Shown here: positions 23,788-32,554 of the stretch, piece by piece
How the letters are laid out: each line of letters opens with the position of its first letter
Position numbering within the stretch: position 1 is the first letter of the stretch
Made by a program: the position numbers and the translations under genes
Origin: an uncultured Lentisphaerota bacterium
GTDB taxonomy: Bacteria; Verrucomicrobiota; Kiritimatiellia; RFP12; UBA1067
Length of the DNA: 34,843 nt
Reading direction: 5' to 3'
Assembly: GCA_900321575.1 (NCBI GenBank)
Contig: ONWT01000088.1
Span: 1-34,843 of the forward strand
The notes under the pieces: generated by a model
Seen by the model: the letters and a program-made list of their open reading frames with translations, nothing else
Databases searched by the model: none
What the model was told of the DNA's origin: nothing

Positions 23788-25664
23788 TGAAATCTCCGGC
23801 CGATAAAGACCCGACACGCTTCTCGTGCGTGAAAATGCGGGCCTCCCTGAAAGGCGCCCACATATCCGGTGCCGAGCGGATCGTTTGCCCCGGCAACGTC
23901 CAGAAAACGGTCGCGTCGCTCGTCGGTCGTGCCATGACGCACGAAAAGGGGATCCCCGACTTTATCAACGTCAAGGTCGAGTCGTGCGCTTGCGCGCGCC
24001 ATATCGTCGCTCTCGAAGTCCGCACCGAGGCGGTGGATTCTCCTGAAGAAGGCTGGCGCCGGGTCGATAAGCTTCTGCGCGAGGCTGGCTTCTCGCGTGC
24101 GGAAGAAATCAGAGACCTCTTCAAAGAGACGTATTCCATGCGAGGCGCGATGCTGCTTGATGCCGATACGCTTGAGCGGCTGGAACCGAATCGCGAGCGC
24201 GGCGTCAGGGCCACTTGCATGGATGCGGCCGACTCTCTCGCAGGCGCGGCCGGAGTGAAGGACCACTATGCCGAAGCGATCGTCCTTGCGACGAAGGTCC
24301 AGAGTGCGCCAGGTATCGTAGGCGAGATATGCATGTCGGATGATCCCGACTATGTTACCGGCTATGTCGCAACGAAGGCTTTGGGCTATAGGCGCATAAC
24401 GGTCTTGAAAGAAAAAGGCGACCCAAGCGGAGGGCGGATCTTTCTCTACCGCGGCCGCCGCGAGGATGTCGCCGAGACGATACGCTATCTTGAGAGCGAG
24501 CCCGTGCTGGTCGATGGCGTACCTATGCTCGAGCGTCAAATCGACGAACGCAGAATGGCGTCGCTGGCCGCAGATCTGGATGTGGCAAGGCAGAGCGGAT
24601 TGTGGCGCAACATCCGCATGGCGCCCAAAGACGCCGTGAATCTCTCGTCTAACGACTACCTTGCCCTTTCGAATGACGAACGCGTCAGAAAAGCCGCCGC
24701 CGAAGCCGCCCTGCAATATGGGGCCGGGACTGGCGCTTCCAGACTGGTGACTGGTACGCAACCGCCGCACGAAAGGCTCGAACGCCACCTGGCAGAGTTC
24801 AAAGGGGTGGATGCGGCGATAGTGTTTTCGGCCGGATATATGGCGAATCTTGGTGCGATAACCGCGATTGCAGCGAGGGGAGACGTAGTCGTCTCCGACG
24901 AACTCAACCACGCCTCGATAATCGACGCCTGCCGCATGAGCGGGGCTGAAATAGTCGTGTATCGCCATCTTGACATGGCCGACCTTGAGCGCAAACTGGC
25001 CCGTTGCCGCGGATACAGGCGCCGCCTTGTAGTCTCGGACGGGGTGTTTTCGATGGATGGTGATATTCTGCCGCTAGGCGATTTTCTTCATGTCTGCCGC
25101 AAATATGATGCTTTTTCCATGGTGGACGAGGCTCACGCCCTCGGCGTTGTCGGCGCGACCGGCCATGGCCTCGTCGAGCATTTCGGGTGTGGCCGCCCCG
25201 ATATAATGATGGGCACGCTCTCAAAGGCGCTCGGTTCGCAGGGCGGCTATGTGGCCGGCTCGGCGCAACTGGTCGAGTATCTGCGCCAAAAATCGCGGCC
25301 CTTCATATTCAACACTGCGCCTTGCGCCGCGGCCATGGCTGGGGCTGATGCCGCGCTGAAAATCCTCGAAGCCGAGCCCGATCGCGTGGCCAGACTCAAG
25401 AGAAACGTGCGAGTTCTTGTCGAAGCGCTCTCGGAGCGCGGCGTAAAGGTGGCGACGGCTTCCGCGATAGTCCCCGTGATAGTCGGCGACGAACGGCGCG
25501 CAGTGGCGATATCCCAAGCGCTAGAGACGGAAGGGTTTATTGTCTCCGCGATACGCTACCCAACGGTCGCGAAGGGGGCTGCGAGGCTGCGTTTCGCGGT
25601 GTCGAGTGCTCATTCGGAGGAGTCTCTGATGAAAGCCGCCTCGGCAATCTCGGCCAAATTATGA
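23787..25664 (+). CDS. bioWF: fused 6-carboxyhexanoate-CoA ligase (BioW) / 8-amino-7-oxononanoate synthase (BioF)
   Basis: N-terminal part: VKMRASLKGAHISGAER, GVRATCMD, ICMSDDPDYVTGYVATKALGYRRITVLKEKG..GGRIFL, all resembling B. subtilis BioW. C-terminal part is a PLP alpha-oxoamine synthase (SNDYLALS, DELNHASIID, SDGVFSMDGD, VDEAHALG, GTLSKALG). The start overlaps the upstream stop (TGATG). Confidence 0.85.
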   Translation: MKSPADKDPTRFSCVKMRASLKGAHISGAERIVCPGNVQKTVASLVGRAMTHEKGIPDFINVKVESCACARHIVALEVRTEAVDSPEEGWRRVDKLLREAGFSRAEEIRDLFKETYSMRGAMLLDADTLERLEPNRERGVRATCMDAADSLAGAAGVKDHYAEAIVLATKVQSAPGIVGEICMSDDPDYVTGYVATKALGYRRITVLKEKGDPSGGRIFLYRGRREDVAETIRYLESEPVLVDGVPMLERQIDERRMASLAADLDVARQSGLWRNIRMAPKDAVNLSSNDYLALSNDERVRKAAAEAALQYGAGTGASRLVTGTQPPHERLERHLAEFKGVDAAIVFSAGYMANLGAITAIAARGDVVVSDELNHASIIDACRMSGAEIVVYRHLDMADLERKLARCRGYRRRLVVSDGVFSMDGDILPLGDFLHVCRKYDAFSMVDEAHALGVVGATGHGLVEHFGCGRPDIMMGTLSKALGSQGGYVAGSAQLVEYLRQKSRPFIFNTAPCAAAMAGADAALKILEAEPDRVARLKRNVRVLVEALSERGVKVATASAIVPVIVGDERRAVAISQALETEGFIVSAIRYPTVAKGAARLRFAVSSAHSEESLMKAASAISAKL

Positions 25665-25670
25665 TATAAT
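25662..25670 (+). promoter_or_regulatory. extended -10 element overlapping the bioWF stop codon
   Basis: TGATATAAT (TG 25662-25663, TATAAT 25665-25670), then AGGAGG (25687-25692) and the ATG at 25700. Confidence 0.5.
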
Positions 25671-25699
25671 TATCCTTTATCGCAACAGGAGGATTGGTT

Positions 25700-27655
25700 A
25701 TGAAGCTACTGGGAGAGAAAATCTTTGCGAAGGATGCAGACGGGCGGTTGATAAGTCGTATAGGAACCATGTTCCTTAGAACCCCCGGCCTCGTCACTAC
25801 TCGTGCGGTGCACGCCATGCAGCGCATGCTTTGGCTCGACGACTTGAACGCCACGCGTGCGGAGGCCGGTTTGCCGGCGCTCACTCCAGAAGAAGAGGAG
25901 GCGGAGTTGACGGAGTCGGTCGACCTGATTTTCACCGATGATGCCGTTCTGATACGTCCCGACCCGGAGAGAATGGATCTCGCGCTTCGTGCGGACGAGG
26001 TTCTGCGCACGATGATGTCCAAGCTCAAGGTGAGATTTCTCAACACCAATTCCGCGAAAGTGCGCAATGCGCTCTGCGAACGCGGCGAAAACTGGCGTAT
26101 GGCCCGCCATCCCATATCCGAGGATGATATGGCCACGGTCATAGAAAACTCGCGCGTGGCGATTGAGTGTCTGCCGATCTATTACTATAACAGGGCCACA
26201 GGGTCGCGCTTTATAACGGCGGGCGGCTATTTGCAGGTAAGCACCCTGCCCGATGAGGAATATCGCCGTCAGATCAAAGAAGTCGTCGACGGCCTCAACA
26301 AGCGCAACAGGCTCGGCTATCAAGAAGTCATGATCTTTCCGCCGTCCACGCCGATAGAGGTGTCGAAAGCGCTGAAGTCCATACCGATGACCGAGCTGAA
26401 CGACACCGAGCTCCGCCGCGCAGTAGACAGAATCGCCACCGATTGGCGAATGTCGCTGCCGCCCGAATTGCGCGAAGAGTCCGTCTCGAACTACGAATGG
26501 CGCAATGCGATGTGCCAAGCGGTGACCCACAGGCTAAACGAGACCGTCGCCGACGAGCGTGAGCTCGTGAGCGGCATCGCCGCCGAGTTCTACCGCCAGA
26601 TAGAGTGGTTGCCGGGTGCCAGAATCATAGACGGCGAGCTCGTGTTCGATGATCTTTACGATGAAGCCGCCCGAACCCAAGACCCCGAACTGCACGCTCT
26701 TTGCGACAGTCGTGCGAAGGCGCTTATCTTCAATCTGACCCGCGTGTTCGGCGCGGTGGACTACATCAACATCGGCCGTATCGCCCGTTCGCTCTCGCGC
26801 AAGCAGAATCCGAGCGGCCATCGCGGCAGCATATACATAATACAATATCGCGATACAGGCACGAAGAATTCGAAGATGATGATACTGCGCTTCCAGAAAT
26901 GGGGCGTCAAGGAGCATCTCGACGAGGGTAAGGACCTTATGCGCGCGATGTTGGAGTCTGACGAATATACCGACTACATCCTCGACCGCCGTCTGATGTG
27001 CAGACAGCTCGGCATGAATCTGCCCAAGAGAATCGGCTTCGGCCACTTCACCGAAAAGTACCACAGCCACAACCAGTACAACGGCATAACCGTGCGCACG
27101 GTCTGCCTCGTGCGTCCCTATGTGCGTGGAACCGCTTCGGACAAGATACCCCTGAATAAATACAAGAACCCGGTCTTCGCCGCTAAGTTTGCGAAGCTGA
27201 TGGGCGCCGCCGCCGCCGTGGACCTTATTGTCGGGCGCAGGTCTTCCGCGACGATGGAGATACTTTTCGACCACAGCTACGAGATCGTCCTCTGCACCGA
27301 CGAGGGCCTGCCCGAATCCGTGAGGATAACCGACCACGCGGGCAGCTTCGTCGATTACGAGCGCGAACTTGCCGAAGGAGTCGCCGATTACGCCGAGGCG
27401 GTGCGCTCGCGCCGCAATTTCGTCACCGACTACCAGACATTCGCCGCCGAATACGTAAATGCGTTTGCCGACAAGATAGCCGAAGTGCAGAATTCCTACA
27501 GAACGCGGCGCAAAGCGTTCGACGGCCTGTTCGCCGACCGGCCCTTCGACACGAACGGCTCGGGCGCATACCGCTGGGCGCGTGCGCTCGCCCGCCTCGA
27601 TCGCGCAGACGTGGCAGAGCTCAAGACCAAGCTGATAGAAGCGGTAAAATGCTGA
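25700..27655 (+). CDS. large cytoplasmic protein of unknown function; the C-terminal ~280 aa has AceK-kinase-like motifs
   Basis: 651 aa, with no TM helix or signal peptide. GHRGSIYIIQY...KMMILRFQKWG, IPLNKY, GAAAAVDLIVG, ITDHAGSF and LFADRP...YRWARAL occur in the same order and with similar spacing as the motifs I recall in the E. coli AceK kinase domain. This is a by-eye comparison only. Confidence 0.6.
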   Translation: MKLLGEKIFAKDADGRLISRIGTMFLRTPGLVTTRAVHAMQRMLWLDDLNATRAEAGLPALTPEEEEAELTESVDLIFTDDAVLIRPDPERMDLALRADEVLRTMMSKLKVRFLNTNSAKVRNALCERGENWRMARHPISEDDMATVIENSRVAIECLPIYYYNRATGSRFITAGGYLQVSTLPDEEYRRQIKEVVDGLNKRNRLGYQEVMIFPPSTPIEVSKALKSIPMTELNDTELRRAVDRIATDWRMSLPPELREESVSNYEWRNAMCQAVTHRLNETVADERELVSGIAAEFYRQIEWLPGARIIDGELVFDDLYDEAARTQDPELHALCDSRAKALIFNLTRVFGAVDYINIGRIARSLSRKQNPSGHRGSIYIIQYRDTGTKNSKMMILRFQKWGVKEHLDEGKDLMRAMLESDEYTDYILDRRLMCRQLGMNLPKRIGFGHFTEKYHSHNQYNGITVRTVCLVRPYVRGTASDKIPLNKYKNPVFAAKFAKLMGAAAAVDLIVGRRSSATMEILFDHSYEIVLCTDEGLPESVRITDHAGSFVDYERELAEGVADYAEAVRSRRNFVTDYQTFAAEYVNAFADKIAEVQNSYRTRRKAFDGLFADRPFDTNGSGAYRWARALARLDRADVAELKTKLIEAVKC

Positions 27656-28581
27656 AATACGTCTTGAAGAGATTGGCGGAAGTGATACCCACCACAATCG
27701 GGATATTGCTTCTTACCTTCATGCTCTTCAATGTCGTGGGCGGCTCGCCTGCCGAAGTCATACTCGGCAAGAACGCCACTGCCGAGTCAATAGCTGCCTT
27801 CAACCGCAAATGGGGCTATGACAAGCCGCTTATATGGTCCGCCGACAGCCAGTTCGTCAATTTCATCTGTTCGCTCGCGAAGGGCGACCTGGGCTACTCC
27901 ATAGAAATGGACGAGCCGGTGAAGGACGTTCTGATGCGCGGGGTGGGGCCCTCCCTTTCGCTCACCGTGCCGATTCTGGCCGGCGGCACTGTCGTCGCGC
28001 TTATGCTTGCGATGCTTTCGGCGGCGTTTCGCGGCGGTGTTGTAGACAAGGCGGTCCTCGTCGGTTCGACCGTTTTGATGAGCGTCAATTATGTCGTTTG
28101 GGTGCTTTTGGGGCAGTTCCTGCTCTCGTACAAGGCGGAGATATTCCCTGTCTGGGGCTACAAGAACGCCTTTTACCTCGTTCTGCCGGTCTTGATAGGT
28201 ATTCTTTCATCGCTTGGCACTGATGTGCGTTTCTTCAGAACCGCCATTCTCGACGAATCCTACAAGCCGTATGTGCTGACAGCGCGTTCGAAGGGTCTGT
28301 CCAGGACGGCGGTCATGATGCGCCATATATTGCCGAATGCGATGATACCCATCGTCACCTACATATCGCTCTCTATACCGTGGCTTTTTACCGGCTCGCT
28401 TCTTCTCGAAAGCTTTTTCGGCATTCCCGGCCTCGGCAGCGTCTCGATAAACGCAATACATTCGGCCGATATGGCCGTGGTGCGCGCGGTGGTCGTGCTC
28501 GGCGCTCTGCTGTATCAGTTCGTCAATCTGGCGACAGACCTCCTCTACGCCGCGCTCGATCCGCGCGTGCGCTTTGCCTAG
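27649..28581 (+). CDS. ABC transporter permease (DppB/OppB-type, BPD_transp_1)
   Basis: MLKYVLKRLAEVIPTTIGILLLTFMLF... is the typical N-terminus, with the EAA-like loop TARSKGLSRTAVMMRHILPNA. Its ATG lies 7 nt inside the upstream gene. Confidence 0.85.
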   Translation: MLKYVLKRLAEVIPTTIGILLLTFMLFNVVGGSPAEVILGKNATAESIAAFNRKWGYDKPLIWSADSQFVNFICSLAKGDLGYSIEMDEPVKDVLMRGVGPSLSLTVPILAGGTVVALMLAMLSAAFRGGVVDKAVLVGSTVLMSVNYVVWVLLGQFLLSYKAEIFPVWGYKNAFYLVLPVLIGILSSLGTDVRFFRTAILDESYKPYVLTARSKGLSRTAVMMRHILPNAMIPIVTYISLSIPWLFTGSLLLESFFGIPGLGSVSINAIHSADMAVVRAVVVLGALLYQFVNLATDLLYAALDPRVRFA

Positions 28582-28612
28582 TTCTACGCCGCCCTTCAAG
28601 GCGTGCGGCCGC

Positions 28613-28641
28613 TTGAAGTCGTTCGTCTATTTTGGTATTAT
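28613..28641 (+). promoter_or_regulatory. extended -10 promoter; leaderless candidate
   Basis: TTGAAG (28613-28618), 17-nt spacer, TG (28633-28634), TATTAT (28636-28641). tttggtattattccacc matches 16 of 17 positions of the 10921-10937 promoter. The GTG at 28648 is 6 nt past the -10 element. Confidence 0.5.
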
Positions 28642-28647
28642 TCCACC

Positions 28648-29646
28648 GTGAGAGTTTGGACCAGAGTATTCTGCGCGACCGTGGCCTCGTGCTGCGGCCT
28701 TGTCGCCAAGTGCACCGTGTCGGACGACATCATCGTGTCGGTCGATGCGGAGGCGATTGCCGAAATCGCCCCTTTGGCGGTAAGGGCGTTCGAGATACAG
28801 CGTCTGGCCCTAAAGCGCGAAGCCGACCACAACAAGGAGCTGGCGAAGCGCGGCATTGTCGAGGTGCCGCCCTGCCGCGCAATGAGATATACTGTCGATA
28901 CCGCAGGCCTCACAAACGGCTTCTCTTTCGACGAATGGGGCGAACTTTACATAGATCGCCGCTTCGTCACGCCCGAAGAGATGAAGATCGTAAGCCGCAT
29001 CGAGGCTTGGATAAAGCGCCACTTCCCCGCCAAAGTCACCAAGGTCCGCCAGCCCCGCACAAAGGCTGGCAAGCCTGGCGTGCCCGTGTTTCGCGGCTTT
29101 GAGGACGCGCGATATCAGCGGCACGACGCGCTGATACAGAGGCTCGTGGACGAATTCAACGCGAACAAGGCGCAGTGGTGCGGCGGCACTCCCGCGCAGG
29201 CGGCGAAAATCGGCGATCTAACCCCCGCCATCGTGAAGGCCCACATGATAGAGGAGTCCGGCGGCAACGGCCCCTCGTCCAAGGCGGCGTGGCAGGTTGA
29301 CCCCCTGCAAGTCAACGTTCCCGGCGATTGGGGGGCCGAAAAGCGCCAAGTCGGGCTCTCCAAGCCTCGCCGGCGCAACGAAGGCACGGCGGAGGGCAAC
29401 ATCCGCGCCGCCATAAAGTATCTTTCGCGCAAGGGCTTCGGCGCGTCCGGCAGACCTGCTTCGGCGCGGCCTACGGGCTTCTTCGACGGGTGGGAGACCG
29501 CCTTGAGGCGCTATAACGGGCGCCGCGACCGCACCGCCACAGACCGTTGCTACAACGACGAATATTCCGCAAAGATAATGAAAAGGGCACGAAACCCTGG
29601 AGTTTTCGTGCCGATAGAGACAAGACTCAAAAAGAAGAAGAAATAG
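28648..29646 (+). CDS. lytic transglycosylase (SLT domain) protein, possibly a lipoprotein
   Basis: C-terminal half has MIEESGGN (catalytic Glu-Ser), DPLQVN, NIRAAIKYL and ALRRYNG. The N-terminus VRVWTRVFCATVASC is lipobox-like. The start is ambiguous between 28603 and 28648. Confidence 0.7.
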   Translation: MRVWTRVFCATVASCCGLVAKCTVSDDIIVSVDAEAIAEIAPLAVRAFEIQRLALKREADHNKELAKRGIVEVPPCRAMRYTVDTAGLTNGFSFDEWGELYIDRRFVTPEEMKIVSRIEAWIKRHFPAKVTKVRQPRTKAGKPGVPVFRGFEDARYQRHDALIQRLVDEFNANKAQWCGGTPAQAAKIGDLTPAIVKAHMIEESGGNGPSSKAAWQVDPLQVNVPGDWGAEKRQVGLSKPRRRNEGTAEGNIRAAIKYLSRKGFGASGRPASARPTGFFDGWETALRRYNGRRDRTATDRCYNDEYSAKIMKRARNPGVFVPIETRLKKKKK

Positions 29647-29665
29647 AAGAGAGACCTGTAAACAT

Positions 29666-31156
29666 ATGCAAGACTTCAAAACACCACCGAACAATACCGA
29701 CGCCGAACGCGCAGTGCTGGGGTGCATATTGCTCGATACGACGAACCGCAGCGGCGACCGCGTGATGGATATATGCCTTTCGGGCGGCGTTACCGCCGAA
29801 TCGTTTTACGATCCGCGAAACCGCGAGATATACGGCATGATGCTCGAAATGAACCGCGCCTCGAAGCCGCTCGACATGGTGACGCTTGTGGAGTCGCTGG
29901 CTGTCGCCGGCAAGACCGAGGCCATCGGCGGCGTTGCCTATTTGCAGACGCTTTACGACCAGACGCCGACTACCGCCCATGCGGAGTACTACATAAACAT
30001 CTTGCGCGGCAAGCATCTGCGCAGAATGATGATAGAGCGTGCGGCGAAGGTGGTCGAGAAGTGCTATGACGAGCAGGACTATCCCGACCCGCAGGCCGTG
30101 CTCGGCGAGGCCGAAAAGACGTTCCTCGAAATCGGTCTCAATGGCGAGGCGACAAAACCATGGTCGGCCGCGATCGAAGAGAGCTTCAAGCGCATAGACG
30201 CGATGTTCGAGTCCAACGGGTCTACGTTTGAGGGTCTCTCCACTGGGCTCACCCATCTCGACGAGCGGCTTCAGGGGCTCAAGAACGCCGAAATGATAGT
30301 CATCGCGGCGCGTCCTTCCGTGGGCAAAACATCCCTCGCGATGAATATCGCCGAATGCTGCGCGCTTGGGATGGATCTCAACAACGTGCCGATAAAGTCG
30401 GACGGTGGCAAGCAGCACCCCGTGATGATCTTCTCGCTCGAAATGCCCGTCGAGGCGCTCACCAAGAGAATGATAGCTGGGCGCGCCCACGTCAACATGT
30501 GGCGGCTGAACCGCAACCTCTGCGCCAGGAACGAAAAGCAGATGCTGTCGAACAACCTGTTCCAGGCCGTGAGCGAGCTCAAGTCGGCGCCGATATATGT
30601 GGACGATACAGCTGGACTGGACATAATGGATTTGCGCGCCCGCGCCCGCCGCGCCAAGAAGCAGCACGGCATAGAGCTTATCGTCATCGACTATCTGCAG
30701 CTCTGCACATGCCGCGACGCGGCGCGCCAGGCGAGCCGCCAGATCGAGGTCAGCATGATCTCCCAGCAGATAAAGGCCATGGCGAAAGAGCTCAAGATAC
30801 CTGTTATCGTCCTCTCGCAGCTGTCGCGCGCCAACGAACAGCGCGGCGACAAGTATGAGCGACCGAAGCTCTCCGACCTGCGCGATTCAGGCGCGATCGA
30901 ACAGGATGCCGACGTGGTGTTTCTTCTGCGCCGCCCGTCGCGCACGCCGAGCGACCCGAGGGCCGCCGACGAAACCCTCGCCATCATAGATGTCGCGAAG
31001 AACAGAAACGGCGAGACCGGCGAGGTGGAAGTCAACTTCTTCCGCGAATTCACGCGCTTTGGCGACCGCGAGAAGATTGCGTCGGGAATCGAGAATATGC
31101 AGACCTCCGAACCGCCTCCGGTCGGCCCCGAGTTCGTGGATGACCCGCTTCTGTAA
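29666..31156 (+). CDS. dnaB: replicative DNA helicase DnaB
   Basis: PPNNTDAERAVLGCILLD at the N-terminus, Walker A motif ARPSVGKTSLAMNIA, then IVIDYLQL and VIVLSQLSR. Confidence 0.95.
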   Translation: MQDFKTPPNNTDAERAVLGCILLDTTNRSGDRVMDICLSGGVTAESFYDPRNREIYGMMLEMNRASKPLDMVTLVESLAVAGKTEAIGGVAYLQTLYDQTPTTAHAEYYINILRGKHLRRMMIERAAKVVEKCYDEQDYPDPQAVLGEAEKTFLEIGLNGEATKPWSAAIEESFKRIDAMFESNGSTFEGLSTGLTHLDERLQGLKNAEMIVIAARPSVGKTSLAMNIAECCALGMDLNNVPIKSDGGKQHPVMIFSLEMPVEALTKRMIAGRAHVNMWRLNRNLCARNEKQMLSNNLFQAVSELKSAPIYVDDTAGLDIMDLRARARRAKKQHGIELIVIDYLQLCTCRDAARQASRQIEVSMISQQIKAMAKELKIPVIVLSQLSRANEQRGDKYERPKLSDLRDSGAIEQDADVVFLLRRPSRTPSDPRAADETLAIIDVAKNRNGETGEVEVNFFREFTRFGDREKIASGIENMQTSEPPPVGPEFVDDPLL

Positions 31157-31177
31157 AGCCTGTGCGAAAGACCAGTC

Positions 31178-32551
31178 ATGACAGCGATAGTGGACTACAA
31201 GGCCGGCAATCTCACAAGCGTAAAGAACGCCTTTGCGGCGATCGGCGCCGAAGCCGTGGTTACGCGCGACGCTTCGGTCGTCGAACGCGCCGACCGCGTC
31301 GTGTTCCCCGGAGTGGGCGCGGCGGCGAGCGCCATGTCGAACCTTCGTGCGATGGGGCTCGCCGACGCAGTTCGCAAAGCCGCCGCGACGAAGCCGTTTC
31401 TCGGCATATGCCTCGGCATGCAGATTCTCTTCGAGAGCTCCGAGGAGGATGGCGGCGTCGGGCTGCTTGGCGTGATTCCCGGAAAGGTGCGGCGTTTTCC
31501 CTCCGCGGACGGCTGCAAGGTGCCGCAAATCGGCTGGAACCAGGTAAACGGCGCGACCGACTATTATTTTGTCCATTCCTACTGTGCCGACGTGGGGCCC
31601 CATACCGTCGGCGTCACCGATTATGCAGGCGTTTCCTTCACCAGCGTCGTCAAGAAGGATGCCTTGCTCGCCTGCCAGTTCCATCCCGAGAAATCCGGCA
31701 AGGCCGGTTTGCGCCTTATCGAAGACTGGCTCGCCGGCAAACCTTTCCGGGACGGCGGCAAGAGCGGCGCCTCGCGGCTGACGCGGCGCGTCATACCGTG
31801 TCTCGACGTGCGCCGGGGACGCGTCACCAAAGGCGTCAAGTTCAAGAACAACATAGATCTCGGCGACCCTGTGGAAATGGCCGTCGCCTATTCGGACGGT
31901 GGCGCGGACGAACTTGTGTTCTACGACATCACGGCTTCGGCGGAGCGTCGCCCGATAGACATCGCGATGGTGGAGTCGGTCGCGAAGGCGATCAGAATAC
32001 CTTTCGCCGTCGGCGGCGGAATCTCCTGCCTGGCCGACATGGAGCGCGTCATTCTTGCCGGCGCGGAGAAAATCTCCGTCAATTCCCTCGCCGTGCGCAA
32101 CCCGGCGATAATCGCCGAAGGGGCCGCCGCGTTCGGGCGTCAATGCATTGTGCTCGGCATGGACCCCGTGAAGAGCGATAACCCCAACTGTCCCTCCGGC
32201 TACGAAATAACCACGCGAGGTTTCCGCGAATTCACGGGAATGGATGCCGTCGAGTGGGCCCGCCGTGCCGCCTCTCTGGGCGCGGGCGAGATAGTCGTAA
32301 ATTCCGTCGATGCGGACGGTACCCGCCAAGGCTTCGAGGTCGCCCTTACGCGGATGATCGCCGACGCGGTCGACGTGCCTGTCGTGGCCAGCGGAGGCGC
32401 GGGCGAACCAAGCCATCTCGTGGACGTGTTCCGCGACGCGAAAGCCGATGCCGCAATCGTCGCCGGTATGATACATTCAGGCGAATATTCGATAACGGAC
32501 ATCAAACGCGCGATGTCCGCTTCAGGCGTTCCGACCCGAATGAGCTATTGA
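31178..32551 (+). CDS. hisHF: single-chain imidazole glycerol phosphate synthase (HisH glutaminase fused to HisF cyclase)
   Basis: N-terminal part: IVDYKAGNLTSVKNAF, PGVGA, GICLGMQ, QFHPEKS. About a 25-aa linker. C-terminal part: RVIPCLDVRRGRVTKGVKF, GADELVFYDITAS, VGGGI, SGGAG. Confidence 0.88.
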   Translation: MTAIVDYKAGNLTSVKNAFAAIGAEAVVTRDASVVERADRVVFPGVGAAASAMSNLRAMGLADAVRKAAATKPFLGICLGMQILFESSEEDGGVGLLGVIPGKVRRFPSADGCKVPQIGWNQVNGATDYYFVHSYCADVGPHTVGVTDYAGVSFTSVVKKDALLACQFHPEKSGKAGLRLIEDWLAGKPFRDGGKSGASRLTRRVIPCLDVRRGRVTKGVKFKNNIDLGDPVEMAVAYSDGGADELVFYDITASAERRPIDIAMVESVAKAIRIPFAVGGGISCLADMERVILAGAEKISVNSLAVRNPAIIAEGAAAFGRQCIVLGMDPVKSDNPNCPSGYEITTRGFREFTGMDAVEWARRAASLGAGEIVVNSVDADGTRQGFEVALTRMIADAVDVPVVASGGAGEPSHLVDVFRDAKADAAIVAGMIHSGEYSITDIKRAMSASGVPTRMSY

Positions 32552-32554
32552 GAC

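Noticed and set aside
28594-28618. Hairpin cttcaag-N11-cttgaag after the ABC permease as a terminator
   Set aside because: It has a 7-bp stem but a long loop and only a weak, interrupted T-run. It also overlaps the -35 element of the next promoter, so it is not confident enough to list as a feature.
30887-32476. 529-aa minus-strand ORF opposite dnaB/hisHF
   Set aside because: It is antisense to two genes with unambiguous conserved motifs. Its composition (Arg/Gly/Ala/His-rich) is typical of spurious GC-driven ORFs.
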